Assembly: GCA_012295275.1 (NCBI GenBank)
Contig: CM022671.1
Coordinates: 13,640,001-13,704,000 of the forward strand
Length of the DNA: 64,000 nt
From: Chrysomallon squamiferum
Taxonomy: Eukaryota > Animalia > Mollusca
Reading direction: 5' to 3'
The notes under the pieces were generated by a model that did no database searches, was not told the DNA's origin, and saw only the letters and a list, made by a program, of their open reading frames with translations. Of this stretch, positions 23,233 to 39,520 are shown one piece after another (the first letter of the stretch is position 1; each line of letters begins with the position of its first letter). Position numbers and translations under genes: made by a program.

Positions 23233-26200
23233 CCGGCAGCCTAGCCGATATAATTGGTCGAAGCTGTTAATAGTTCAGATTTTGTCCATTTTCCTCCACT
23301 CCCAAATCCCTTCTATAAATGCTACCATAAAAAACAAATACATGCAACTAAAGATCTTTATGTGCTCTTTTAAATGGTGGTGTTTTTTTTGTTGTATGTT
23401 AAATCAGTTCTGTGTACGAGAGTGTTAAACGCGGTGGGGGTAAACGCACTTCGGCGCCCATGGTCACCGATTAACTGCGTGGAATAAAAACTCCTGAAAT
23501 AGGGACGCTCTACAAACGCCTGGCTTGTTTTCGCCAAAATGGCTTCAATGTTATTTTTAGCATAGATAGGCGGGTCGAAGTTCAGTCTTTCTGTCCATAT
23601 GCATGTCGTCGCTGGCAATAGTTATATCAAAAATGTACTTTTTCATGTCTTTTTCATGAAGCTTCGTGTTTGAACGTAGCACGTGCTTAGCGAAATCGCC
23701 ATTACGTTACGTTTTTTACAGAACGAAATCGCCGTAGATTTTATGTACAGCTATAAAGGTCTGGCGCTATTAAAATGATTATATTTATATGTTGTTTATA
23801 TTTTTAATAACTTGTTGGTTGGTTGTTTTTCTTCAATGTTCCTACTTCTAGCGTATACATTATAGCACGTGCATAGCGAAATCGCGTTCTGAAATAAACA
23901 AATTAACATTGTTTTGCCGATTACTATCTTCAGTTTAAAACCGTCGATTATTTTGCTTTAAAAATTCTTGCGATAAACGTCGAATTAAGAATCGTAAACA
24001 TAACAAACTATAAAACATAATAGGACAATGTGTCTTTTTTGGTGTCGTCAGAGGTATTGATGGAATGCTGAATAAAAAATCAATTCACATTTTTTAAAAT
24101 ATAAAATCATAAATTGATCAGTTTTTGCTTGTTGATAAGCTCTATAAGAGAAAATTTCAACAGTGGTCAGTTGCTACACAAGAACTGTTTGCTGTCAAAT
24201 CACAGAAAGTACAAAGCTAAGAAAATTAATTTATGTTTGCTTCAAATGACAGACTTATAACACCTGGTCTTTAATTGCCTCTAGTCTCATGATTACATAC
24301 ATTTTATTGTCCCTGATTAATACCTACAGCACCTTTCTGGAATTGACTCCAAGGATTAGCTGAGTTTATGTATTGCAAAGGATTATGGTTAAACATCGAA
24401 TGCTTGTAGACCTTTTAAGTAACATTTATATATATATATACATGATATATACACATCACAATATCTTAACTTTTTACTACCAGTTATTTAACAGAGTGAA
24501 AATTGAAACTGCTTATGTAAATAAAGTTGTGCTGTTCTATATAAACTGAAAAGGTAATTTTATTTTATGTTAGCTTTAAGTATGTCATTTGAAAGATTTT
24601 GATAAATTGTTCACAACACAGGTTGAATTTGTCAAATAAGACAAAAACTGAAACCACAGTGTCTATTTGAACTTTTAGTCATTCTGCCATATGTCATTTT
24701 GAAGATTTTAACATGTTTAGCATTGTAATTATGAACACATGTACAAACATACAGGTCTGAGCTCATTTAGCAAGATGGTGCCATCACTCTTGTTGATTTT
24801 CAGCCTTTTGTGTCAAGTACTTTTCAAACTACAGTTGGCCAAAGTAGCCCTTTCTGCTAATTAGCCAAAATAGGGTTAAAAGACAACCAAATACCTGTCA
24901 TACTGATTTGCATATATCTTCATAACTGCTGGAGATAGAGTCATAATTTTTTGTGTGTTTTCATTCTTTTTGCTACACCTTTCATTATGTGAAATATTGC
25001 ATATTTTTTTGCATATTATGTGAAATTAAAGTCAGAAAAAATTTGCCTGCCAGTATCTAATGTATGTATGTATGTATGTTTGCACTAAGCACAAAGTGTG
25101 TGTGTGTGTGTGTGTGTTTGCAGGAATTTATCTACATATCTGTATTTATGTGTGCACAAATATATTACTGTAACTGAAATCTGATTACTTTATCTATTCA
25201 ACATATATATATCTTGTGTTTGTGTTTATATGCTATTTCTCTCTGGTATGTAACTGTTTCATGAACTGTATCTTTATATTTATTTATTTAGAACGGGCCA
25301 AACAGAGTTGGAACGAAACGAACTGAACAAGACAACAACACAGTAATGATTTATTATCCATTTATTTATTTTATAAAGAGAGAGAAAATAACAAAGAATT
25401 CTACACAACTGAAGCCTTATATTAAATTACAGTTCACACTTTTTCAACATCAATAATAAGTTACCTCCTTAACTCTTCTTGTTTGCATTTTATATTATGC
25501 AAAATATACAACCTTACTGAATTTAACACTTAAGTTGGTTTACACAGTAGACAAATATATATATATATATATACAACATTTTTTTTTTCAATTTTGATAG
25601 ATAATCGATGAAGCGTCAGCACCTACGGAAAGAGTGAAACATGAATATTTCACACGTTTACCCAATGGCGATTTGATACCATTTACCAAAGTAATATTTG
25701 TTATTTTAAAATCATATGAACATAAAATATATCATTTAAAGGTGTTATTTAGGGTGTAATATTTGTTTGTATTATTTTCGAAATTAATAGACAAGGGTGT
25801 AGCTTTGTGAGACAAACTGCTCTAGTGTACCATGACTAATTTATCAAAGAGAACATACATAAAATACAACAACAACAACAACAGCAATAGTTTGATATGA
25901 AACAAGTGCGCGTAAGTTAACACACACTTAATTCTCTTATTTTCTTTTCATTTATTTATTTATTATTATTTTTTATTATTATTTATTTTCTTATCTTATT
26001 TTATTTTATTTTATTTTATTTTACTTGATTTTGTTTTTAAAGAGTTTTTTTTTTTTTGGCTGGTAGCCAAGACCTTACAAACCTCCAAAGCATAGACAAC
26101 AGGAAGAAAATTACTTGCGACTTCCTAATGGAGAAATTATACCTGTCATTAAGGTATATTAATTATTTATAAATTTACCCATATTTAGATTAATATTATT

Positions 26201-26819
26201 TTCATCATCATCTTCATCATTAGCATCATTGTTGTCATTGTTGACATTATCACCAACATCTCTAGATAGCCAACATGTTTTTATACTTTACAGAAAAAGG
26301 TAAAGAACTTCAAATCCTCGGAAAACAGAGATTCAAATCCTTCCAGCTTTACCCAAACTTACCACAATGCATTGCAAAATAAACATTCAGTGAGTCTTTT
26401 TATCTCTCTCTTTCTTTTATTTTTCTAACCCATGTTTCTAATGTTCTATTTATTTTGTCATTTTACGTGTTTGGGTGTATCCATTATGGAAATATGTATA
26501 CTCAGTTGCCAGCATTTATTGACATGCAGTAGTAATGATTTATTAAAGTTTACTCAAACATGACATAAATACATTTTAGAAGTTTTAATTTCTTTTACTA
26601 ATATACATACATTTTTAAATTATATATTTTTTATTTCAGAAATCTCAAAATATTGTGTCTTCCGATGATGGCATGGTTCCAGTGGATTCTCCAGGAAATT
26701 CAGAACTGTACATGGTTGATCACGTTTTACTGACAAACCGAAACAGAAATGCGAAAGAATTACATAACTGGATGCCACATTCAAAGCCAGTAAGAAACAT
26801 TAACACCAGTACAAAATGA
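21504..26819 (+). CDS. Single Sushi/CCP-domain transmembrane protein, paralog B (321 aa, no signal peptide)
   Basis: Exons: 21504-21741 (MSTASTMTTLTCAFPPGVLNAHW...YQCANGFWMTGGSASRTCQANQWSGKPPVC), 21944-22034 (TM: VLWWLPILFATFFGVIFLSCLLILCLYYCC), 22831-22963, 25292-25342, 25601-25690, 26067-26153, 26294-26389 and 26640-26819 (...AKELHNWMPHSKPVRNINTSTK*). Phases are 1, 2, then all 0, and the total of 966 nt is open. The first three intron phases match paralog A. A probable upstream exon has a donor at 20426. Confidence 0.85.
22725..22799. repeat. 15 bp perfect inverted repeat with a 45 bp spacer
   Basis: ttagccaatgtaatt (22725-22739) and aattacattggctaa (22785-22799). Confidence 0.75.
23740..25060. 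mobile_element. ~1.3 kb interspersed repeat, copy 2, inside an intron of paralog B; the element may extend left to ~23230
   Basis: Inverted match to 7715-8950, carrying ~58 bp (about 24903-24960) that is absent from copy 1. The motif tagcacgtgc[t/a]tagcgaaatcgc occurs at 23677-23699 and 23863-23885. Microsatellites flank the region at ~23200 and ~25065. Confidence 0.7.
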
Positions 26820-29306
26820 AGTTAGATATGTAAATATAAAATAGAGAGAAAGAGAAAAACAAATACTTTAATTAGGATAGATTAAGGTGAAAGAAAAGGA
26901 GAGTGTGATAGAGAAATATAATGAAATATATTCTCTAAATAATAACATTATTGTAATTATTATTATTATTAGTAGTAGTAGCATTAGTAGAAGTATATTA
27001 GTATTATTATTATTTTTATATTATTAATATTATCATTATTGTCATCATTACTTACACTATTGATTAGTATTACTATTATTATAATATAATTATTATTAAT
27101 ATTGTCATTGTCATCATCATTATTATCATTATTATTATTATCATTCTTACTTTTTATTTTTTGTTACTATTTCTACTACTATTATTAATACATCATCTAA
27201 ACATATTTTACCATCAGCATTGCAGTTTTATTTTACCACTAATTTCACATTTCTAGACTATATTATTTTAGATAACTTAATCCAGGCTTGAGAAGTGCTT
27301 GAAAACTTCACTAAATAATAATGTTTTGTTGTTAATGCTGCTTTTCTTCTTCTTTTTCTTCTTATTATTAGTATTATTATGGTAATTGCCATCATTTATC
27401 ATTTAGAAGGACATTTTTATTCCTAAATTATAATATTTATCTGTCTCACAGATAACAGCAATTAATAAATAAATAATAATGTAGAGACAATAATAATATT
27501 GATGAGAACAACAACAAACGAGGCTAAATAAACAATTTAATAGTTTGCTCTGCATCAGCTCCATCTTGTATTGATTTCATTTTAAATTAATAGAATAAAA
27601 TACACTTTAATGAGGCAATGTTGTTTCTAGTGCATGTTATTTTATTTTTTATTCTTTGTCATTAACCAAAAACAGATAACTAGGAATAGAAAAAAAACAA
27701 AAAAACTTATCTTATTTATGCCATAATAATAAATAAAATATCAAATAAATATAAACTTAATAAAACCAGTAAGTTATTTCAGCACAAAGATTACTATATA
27801 TATTTGAAGAATTTTAAAATTTACCATTACAACATTTAAAAGAAATAAAATAAATAAAAACAAGGACAAAAAAAAAAAGATCTTTTTTTACTTAAAAGGA
27901 GATTTAACTTACAAAGCATGTACTTCAGACATGAAAAAAGCAAAGAAGACATTTTATTACATATTTATGTATGGCTGACCTTTTTTATATTTTCATATTT
28001 ATGCATTCCAACTTTGAAACTTGAAAATAACACAAAAGAAAATTAATACTTAACCACTAACTACATTTTTTCTGTATAATTGATTTTGTTAACAAAGAAA
28101 TGAAAAAAGAAACTCATAAAAGTTATATAATGGAAAAAGGAACTTCAAGTTCACCTTTTTCATTTTCTAAATCTGTATTTTCAGCTAACAAAGAAACAAA
28201 CATTTTGACTTCGTAAGTATATTCAAGACCTGCAAGAATTAATTATTAAGGGCATTCTTAAGTTAAATAATATGTTTTAGAAATATACCATTCTGATAGA
28301 TGCTGATTTTCATACAAAACAACAAAATATATAACAACAGAATTAATCTAAATAACAGGCAGACATTTTTATTAAATTACTCTGCATATTTATTAATGTT
28401 TATTCGGAATGGAATCACAATTAATGCACTAACTTAATAATAATTGAAAGAATAAAACACCTATAATTATTGGGTAGTAATACCATGTTTAAATTATACA
28501 TTTGTCAAAGCTGAATTCCTGTCTAGACTTGTATTGCACCACCTGATTGTGTAATAACTTGGTGGTTATTTATGGCATCAGATAAAAGATTACTGTCTCA
28601 TTAATTTTATAGGTATATTTGTTAACATTAAGCAATAATGAGTATTTAATATTATTTTAGATCTGTTTAAACGTATTAGACTTTGATCTATTCCTTTAAA
28701 CTGCACTGGTTACTGTGTGAGCCAAAAAGTCTGAGAAATCTGACATCATGGTGGACTGTCAGCTATTTTTTCTGACATTACTGGATGAAATTTTACAGCA
28801 GACTGGTTCACTTGTATCAGTTATTTACTAATTATAAACAAAAAATGATAGCACTCAGATATTATTAAACTGAATTACTGTGCTGTTACACTGCCTTTTT
28901 AATTAAAATTGGGTGTCAAAAAAAAAAAAAAAAAAAAAAAAAGTACAGAGTAAGGAAAAAGAATAAAAACAAAAAAAATATTGTGGACATATGTAGAATA
29001 TATTTAGCCATTTTTCATATGATCTAAAGTAGAGTTTAATATTTACAATGACATTTACATGTAGTAGATAATAAATAATGTGTACAAGGTTATTCAGTGT
29101 TTTTAATATTTACATCTAAACCATAGTTGATATGAAAAAGGATACCACCAGGGACAACAGGTTTGATGTTAACAAAAGCATAGGCCAATGTTGTCTTGTG
29201 AAAAACATGAGCTGCCTTGATCTTGTACTGGATGAACTTGTAAATCTCTTCAGTCAGTATTCTGTTTGTGTAATTACTGGCAAACAGTTTACACAAACAG
29301 AATTAA

Positions 29307-29337
<31 letters not shown>

Positions 29338-31269
29338 TACAAGATAGAAACCAAAAGAATTCAAACATATTATTTTAAAATCTGAACTTAGGTATATAAT
29401 GTCTACTCAAACACACATACAAAACACAAATGAAAAAAAATTCAGTAACTATCACTAACCTATAAGCAGATAATTATTTTGATGAATAAATAAAATATGC
29501 TTTGGATTTTGTCTTTGTAATTTTGTCCAAAAACAATTAAAAAAATAAAAACAAATAAAAAGTGTGAAAAAGGAAAAAACATCTGAATTAAATGTCTGCT
29601 GTTGTTGTGATAGGAAATAAAAGGTGGCCAATGTGTGGCAGCATCGCTTTTTATTTACTATTGTTAGAATGATACATTATAACATGTAACAATTATGTAA
29701 AGTCTAACATCAATTTATTTATTTGTTCAATCATGTAATCTAAGTTTTAAACAAGTATTAAATATGAATGAAATTAGAACATGAAAGACCACCAATAAAA
29801 ACAAATAAAATAAATAAATAAAGTTTATATAATTAAAATTTTAAAAAATAAAAAAATAAATAAAATAAGTTGAAAGTAATAATAAAAATAATAATAATGA
29901 TGGTGATGATGTTTATGATAATATATAAGTAATAAAAACTTAACCTTAAAAAGAAAAACAAACAAAATGATTTTAAAGATTTTATTACAGCTATTTTTCA
30001 AGATGTAACTTATTGATATGAAAGTCTTTAACTTGTATCATATGACACATATTGATTTATCAGATAAGTAAATAACCATTATTAACATGTTTTAGCTTTG
30101 ACATGTAAACGAATAAACTATGTTAACTGTTCTTTTAAGTTAAATTAAGAAACAATAAATAAATAAATAAAAGATTCCTTTGTGTAAATGAAGAACATCA
30201 ATTAATTTTCTATTATTTGCTGTCTAAGATAAAAAAAAAAACAGACAGGACAGTACAAACCATGGCATTTTATAAATTGGAGAAACATTGATGCAGATCA
30301 AAAGAACATTTGTGACATATTAAGATAAAAAAGATTACATGTTAAAAATAAATTGTGCTAAATATTATATATATTATATAAATATTTTTATTTAATTATT
30401 TGTTATTTTTTTTAAAATAAGGAAAAAAATAAGACTGATTTATCGTATGTGTAAAGAGATATAATTTTTATAGCAAGAGCACATTATATATATATATATA
30501 TATATATAGTTAGTGAGTTTTTAATATGTAATAAATTTCAAGAGAAAATACTAAAATACTACAACAATTTTATTTCCAGCTTTCTTTACGTAAATGGAGT
30601 ATAATACTGCACAATGTGCTGCAATATCATGATAAATCTGCTATACAAACAGCATCACTAACCAGTTTTTATCAACTACATACAAACCAAAATATAGATA
30701 TGTCAGTAATGTGTCTGAATACTATAAATAAAAAACAAAAGATCATAAAAGAATTCCATGCTACAGTAAAGCTGGCCTCAAAAGTCACCTGTAGCAACTA
30801 AGGGGATAACAGGCCACATTTTTCATTATCTTTAATCATTTAATACTTTTTAATTTGACTCCGTTTCTTAGTTACTAATTCACATTTCTGGTTATTAATT
30901 CGTATTTCTTTAAACTCATAGATACAGTTCTCGTTAAAATATGTCTTTACAATGCCAATAAAATTTATACATAAGTATGTCTGCTTATCATGGCCCAGCA
31001 CCACACTAGATCTTAGTTAACTAAAAGCCTAACATACAGTTCCATTTACCAACTGGTTAAATAGTTCTTGAAAAAAAGAAAAGAAATTCAAACAAACATT
31101 AAAGTTGTTTAAACCATTTGATGAAATACAGCTCCTTTACCCAGCTGGTTAAACAGTTTCAACAAACATCAAAAACACTACAAGTTCCTTGCAGCAGAAA
31201 TGAAATAATTCCCCAGAACAATTTTACATATTACAGTAGCAGCACAGACTGATCATAACAAAAATGTAA

Positions 31270-34431
<3,162 letters not shown>

Positions 34432-34496
34432 GCTGGAAAGTAAATATATAAAAAATATTTTCGTAACTTTGCTCTTTAACCCTTTGCAAATATAGT

Positions 34497-34561
34497 GCTT
34501 CCGGTTTGATGTTAGCAAATATTATCAAAAGACTGAGCAAGCCAAAGCGTTTATAAAGGCT

Positions 34562-34601
<40 letters not shown>

Positions 34602-35300
34602 GTTACATTCAATGACTTATTATAAAATAAAATATTATAAATTAAAAGACTGAGTCCTCTGTATTTTGTAGTATAATTTTAATCTTAATTCATTCATGCG
34701 CATATAAAACAACGATAATAATAATGATGGCATTTCTCATTGCAAAGCATAGTCACGTGATAGTGTAATAATTTTTATCGATGTAAATGATTTAAAACAG
34801 AAGCAGCAGTAACAGCAACAGCAACAACAACAACAACTAATAATAATAAATAAATAAATATTATAAGTGCATTAACAATAAATCCACCAACAGGTACTGC
34901 AACATAATAACATGCACAGATGTATTAAATGAGAAAGCGGTTTATTTGATTCTTGGTGAAAGCTGTTTAATTTTTATTACAAGTTTTAACAATAATTTAT
35001 ATTAAAACAAAATGAGCTACTTCATTATGAGTTTGGTCAGTATCTCTCGATTTTGATATTTAATTTTTTTACATTATTTCTACATTTTTATTATACTTTA
35101 TAATGAAAATATGGCTATATTATATTTCTATAGTTTGTTTAGTTAGTGCGGAAAAACAATTGTTGACAAATAATTTTAACAGTAATTAAATCACGTGATA
35201 TATCACGTGAAATCTTTACCATGACCATGACCTTCAAGAGGTCACACATGACTTAAGTTCCCGGATAACATAGTATCGTAAACAACGTAAATTTAGTAAG
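34497..35300. promoter_or_regulatory. Putative divergent promoter region upstream of AUH
   Basis: ETS-like CCGGAAGC on - at 34497-34504; GTCACGTGA at 34752-34760; perfect palindrome TCACGTGATATATCACGTGA at 35191-35210; TGACCT-n5-AGGTCA at 35228-35244; a + strand donor ttta|gtaagt at ~35295. CpG is locally retained. Confidence 0.5.
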
Positions 35301-36785
35301 TAACTTTTTATTTTTAAGGTATAGTAAGACATATTACTTTAAATTGATTGTGAGAAATTTATTGTAATTAATGTCGTTTGTATAGTATTTTTGATAACTA
35401 ATATAATATGATCAGCTGATTTATTATTTTCGTTTACACTGCAAGCACCGTGTTAACAGAATAAAATGGTTATCTGCTCTTGTTACATTTGTCCAACGTT
35501 GGTTTAACATATTTGACCACTCCCACCCCGATACTCGAGTAATAAAATTTTCTGAACATTTTTTATTTATATATTTGAGAGTTTAAAGTTAAATAACGAA
35601 TAAAAAGAAAAGAGAGAGAGAAAACCAAAAAAGAAAGAAAGAAAGAAAAAAAGAGAGACAGAATTAAAAGTTAAAACCAAAAAATTATTAGCCTTACTAC
35701 GAATTTGTATACGATTCAGAGAAAAACATTACGCCATGTGTACCTGCGTCGGCAATAGCTTATAGATGCTAATATTGACAGAGTATATTATTTTTGAAAA
35801 TTTTAAATTCTCATAAACACACACTGAGGTGGGATTAATGTATAAATTGGGCAAAAAGGCCACATATATCATATGCTTTGCCTGAATATGAATTAGGTTT
35901 ACAAACAATTGATGGATGACAGATTTGTATACACATACATATATGTTCAAAACAAATATATACACCGTCCGTGTAAATGCACAGAAAAACCCCAACAAAC
36001 AACAGCAACAAAAAAACATTCCAAAATTTGTAGTGTGTGTGTAATTGAATGTGTGTTAAAACATAGATATAATTATATACAATCAATGTATGCAGTTGGT
36101 CACTGACCACTAATAAGCCTTTAGGGTTGGAACTATATTTACTTTAATAAATTACTTACTATTTAAAGTGGTTTTTATTTAAAAAATAACTAATTGTTCT
36201 TATCTAAGAACTATTTTGTTTTGATGTATGCTAGTTATAGGTGACAGTGAAATCACTATGTTGATGAGCTGAGGATAAAATTCTCAAATGCAGCTCAGCA
36301 TAAACTCACTGCAATTCAGAATTTTAACTTCTGCAGGAATAAGCTGATGTTTTAAAGAGAATAACACATATATAGATGCATGTATGTAAAATATTGCAAT
36401 GTGTAATATTTAAAAACACTGCCAGCTAAAAAGGAAATATACATGTTCATTAGGGCAGATCCAGAAAAAGGAGAATGCATATTGAATGAGATATTGATTT
36501 AAGTGTTATATAGTGTTGAAAAACAGGTGTGCAACTTTATAATCACATATTTACACAAATACTATTACTACTGTTGCTGCTGCTGTTGCTGCTACTATCA
36601 CTACAGTTACTACTCTCCTTCCATAACTACTGTTGCTTAATGAAATGCATGATCCAAAAAAAGAAATTAATTTTTATTTTATTTTTAATACTGCAAAGCA
36701 GGCAATAATATATTATACATATTTTTTAAATAAAACTGCAAATTAATTTTCTTTGATATCTTTTTCTTGTAACTTGAAAAATGAA

Positions 36786-36867
36786 AAAAGAAAAAGGGAA
36801 AAAGATCTGTTAAAAAAGAAGAAAAGAAAAAGGGAAAAAGATCTGTTAAAAAAGAAGAAAAGAAAAA
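36786..36867. repeat. ~36 bp tandem duplication
   Basis: The block aaaagggaaaaagatctgttaaaaaagaagaaaag occurs twice in succession. Confidence 0.75.
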
Positions 36868-37107
36868 AGAAATCATTATTTGTTTTAAAATATTACACCA
36901 GTCTTTAATATCTGTAAGGAATCAATACACAACCTGCAACATGTTTGCTTCTACTATACGTTTAAGCATGCCTGCTTGAGTCATCTATGAAGAATAGTTT
37001 TAGTATGCTTATGGATTGCTCATAAAACAATATATACATGTCTTGTATATCCTGTTAGCTTTAGATCAGTAATTTTTAACCTTTTTAAGGACTATTTACA
37101 GTTCCCA

Positions 37108-37139
<32 letters not shown>

Positions 37140-37248
37140 TTTAATTATTTTAATTACTATTTTGTTTATTCTTGGTTTTTTATTATTATTTTTCATGGTG
37201 TAAATGAAAAATATAAATTTTTCTTTTGTTATTTATTTATAATTGATA

Positions 37249-37431
37249 GGAAAAAATTTGAATAATTTTATCGTGAATTTGAGCAAACGTGCTAGAAACA
37301 CACGAAACAATATAAGTGATACAGCATTCTTCCTCATCTGTAGTGAACAGAAATAGTCAAAGTGTGATTCGAAGACACACACAACTGTAACCTTGTCATC
37401 CTGACAATAATTTATAATAAATTTTTCTCAG
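37249..37431 (+). other. Candidate non-coding (5' UTR) exon of an unidentified + strand gene
   Basis: T-rich tract and tgatag acceptor at 37248, strong cag|gtatgt donor at 37431, several CpGs inside, no long ORF. Inference only. Confidence 0.35.
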
Positions 37432-37618
37432 GTATGTTTCATCTACAGTAAATAAATAAATAAATACTGTGAACTGTCCTGATTATTTATAAAATTATTA
37501 TGCTAAATGCATTCACTTACAACATTTTGATAATAAACTTTTGAATGAATAATTTTCCTAGATATTTTTTTTCTTCTGTAGATCACCCTTCACATTGTAG
37601 ATCACACACCAAAGTAAA

Positions 37619-37663
<45 letters not shown>

Positions 37664-38459
37664 GTGTTACAAATATATATTATGTATACAGCAACAGAAA
37701 AGTAATAGGTGAACTTCTGTAAATAACTTCAGGTTATAGATTTTGACTACAGAAAGTTTAGTGATCATTTACATTTAACTAAACATCTGTAAACAATCAG
37801 AAATACACACATATATAAACATATACATAGCTGCAGATTTACAGATGTAAAACATACATACATAATTCAGTTAACTGTATTTCAGTACTCAAACATGAAT
37901 GTTACAATGAAATCAGATATGCCATCATGCTTTAATAATAAACATATACAGAATTTGAATATGTACTTAGATTGCCAATATTATATAGGCCAACTGTCAA
38001 GTATAGCTTACATATATGCATATATATATATATGTGTGTGTGTGTGTAATAGATACAACATACACATGTATATGTGTGTATGTATGTGTGTATATATATA
38101 TGTATTCAAGTGCAGTGTATTCACTTCTGACCTATTTGTACTAGACATGTATTTTCTGGTCAAGGTTTTATTTTTCCTTTTTTTGTTACTGGGTTTGTTA
38201 ATATAAATGATATATCTTTCTTGCTTATCTCTTTTTCTTCGTTCCTGTTCTTTTCTTTTCAGATTCTCCCTCTCTCTTTGGTGCTGGGTAAATTGTATCC
38301 CATTCATCATGTTTGTATATTAATTAAAACAATGCTTTGAACAGCAGCCTAGCAATTTAATTATTATAAACAAAGTATCATTATATTACATTGGGAGAAT
38401 TTGTTTTGTGATTCCAGTAATAATGTGCCAAAATTAATTTGAGATTTTATCTTTATTGG

Positions 38460-38495
<36 letters not shown>

Positions 38496-39467
38496 TATTT
38501 TAAAATTTCATTTTGTTTAATTTTTTAATTTTTTTGTTCCTCTACATGTAAACTATAATGAAATTAAATTTTGTGAACAATGTAGTGAATGAAATATATA
38601 AAAGTTATTAAATTATATCAGTACAAGATAGGTTTCAGTTCAGGAAAATAGAGGATGTTCAAATTTACCATTTTCCAGCTGTATAATCAAGGCTGATGCT
38701 TCCCACTCAAAGTAGTCATTAAGGGTGTGTGTATGTTTTACAAATTCTGAAAATAAAATCTATAAAATAACAGAGATTTATGAATAAATTGAAACCAATG
38801 GTATATCTGTATTAGATTAGAGGGGATACAGCTATCATTGGTAAGCAAGTGTATAGTTAACATACATATATATTCATTAGTATTATTATCAATTTCTGAG
38901 TTCAAAACCCCAGTGTGGAACCTCCAACTGATTGAAAACATAAGTTCTGTATTGATTATTCTACAATCAGTTTAGAAGCAGGATAATGCTTAACTGTTGC
39001 ATATGCTTCTTAGATACATTGGATTGCAAGGTCATCTTCTTTGTGCATCTGGAGAGCTCTTTCCCATTCCAGCTGCTGCTCAGTTATTGTTGTATGTTTA
39101 GCCATTGGATATTTTCTGTTGATTTTTTAAATTTTATTATTATTATTATTATTATTTAATTATTTTATTTTGTGGGATGGGTTGTTGGTGGGGAGAGTAT
39201 GTAAATAAACTTTTCTAGTGAATTAATGAATCCAGTTCATTTTTATTTATATACAATTATGTTTAAAATCCAAATGATTTGAATTATTTATTCATATTAA
39301 CATGAGTCAGACTGTGTAAGTATCAGCTTCATGTCAGCTTGCTCCAGCTGATAACAACTAATCTTCTCTGTATCTTAATATTTGACAGTCTGTTTCATGT
39401 TGAGTTTTTATATTTTTTTAATTTATCTTTCTAAATTAAGTTATCTAACACTAATTACGTAACCCAC

Positions 39468-39520
<53 letters not shown>

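Noticed and set aside
23370-23618. 82 aa minus-strand ORF as a transposase fragment
   Set aside because: No recognisable DDE or DNA-binding motif. It is probably non-coding interior of the repeat element.
25791-25911. Extra exon of paralog B ending at the gc|gtaagt donor
   Set aside because: The AG acceptors I tested (25790, 25802, 25825) each gave an in-frame stop in phase 0.
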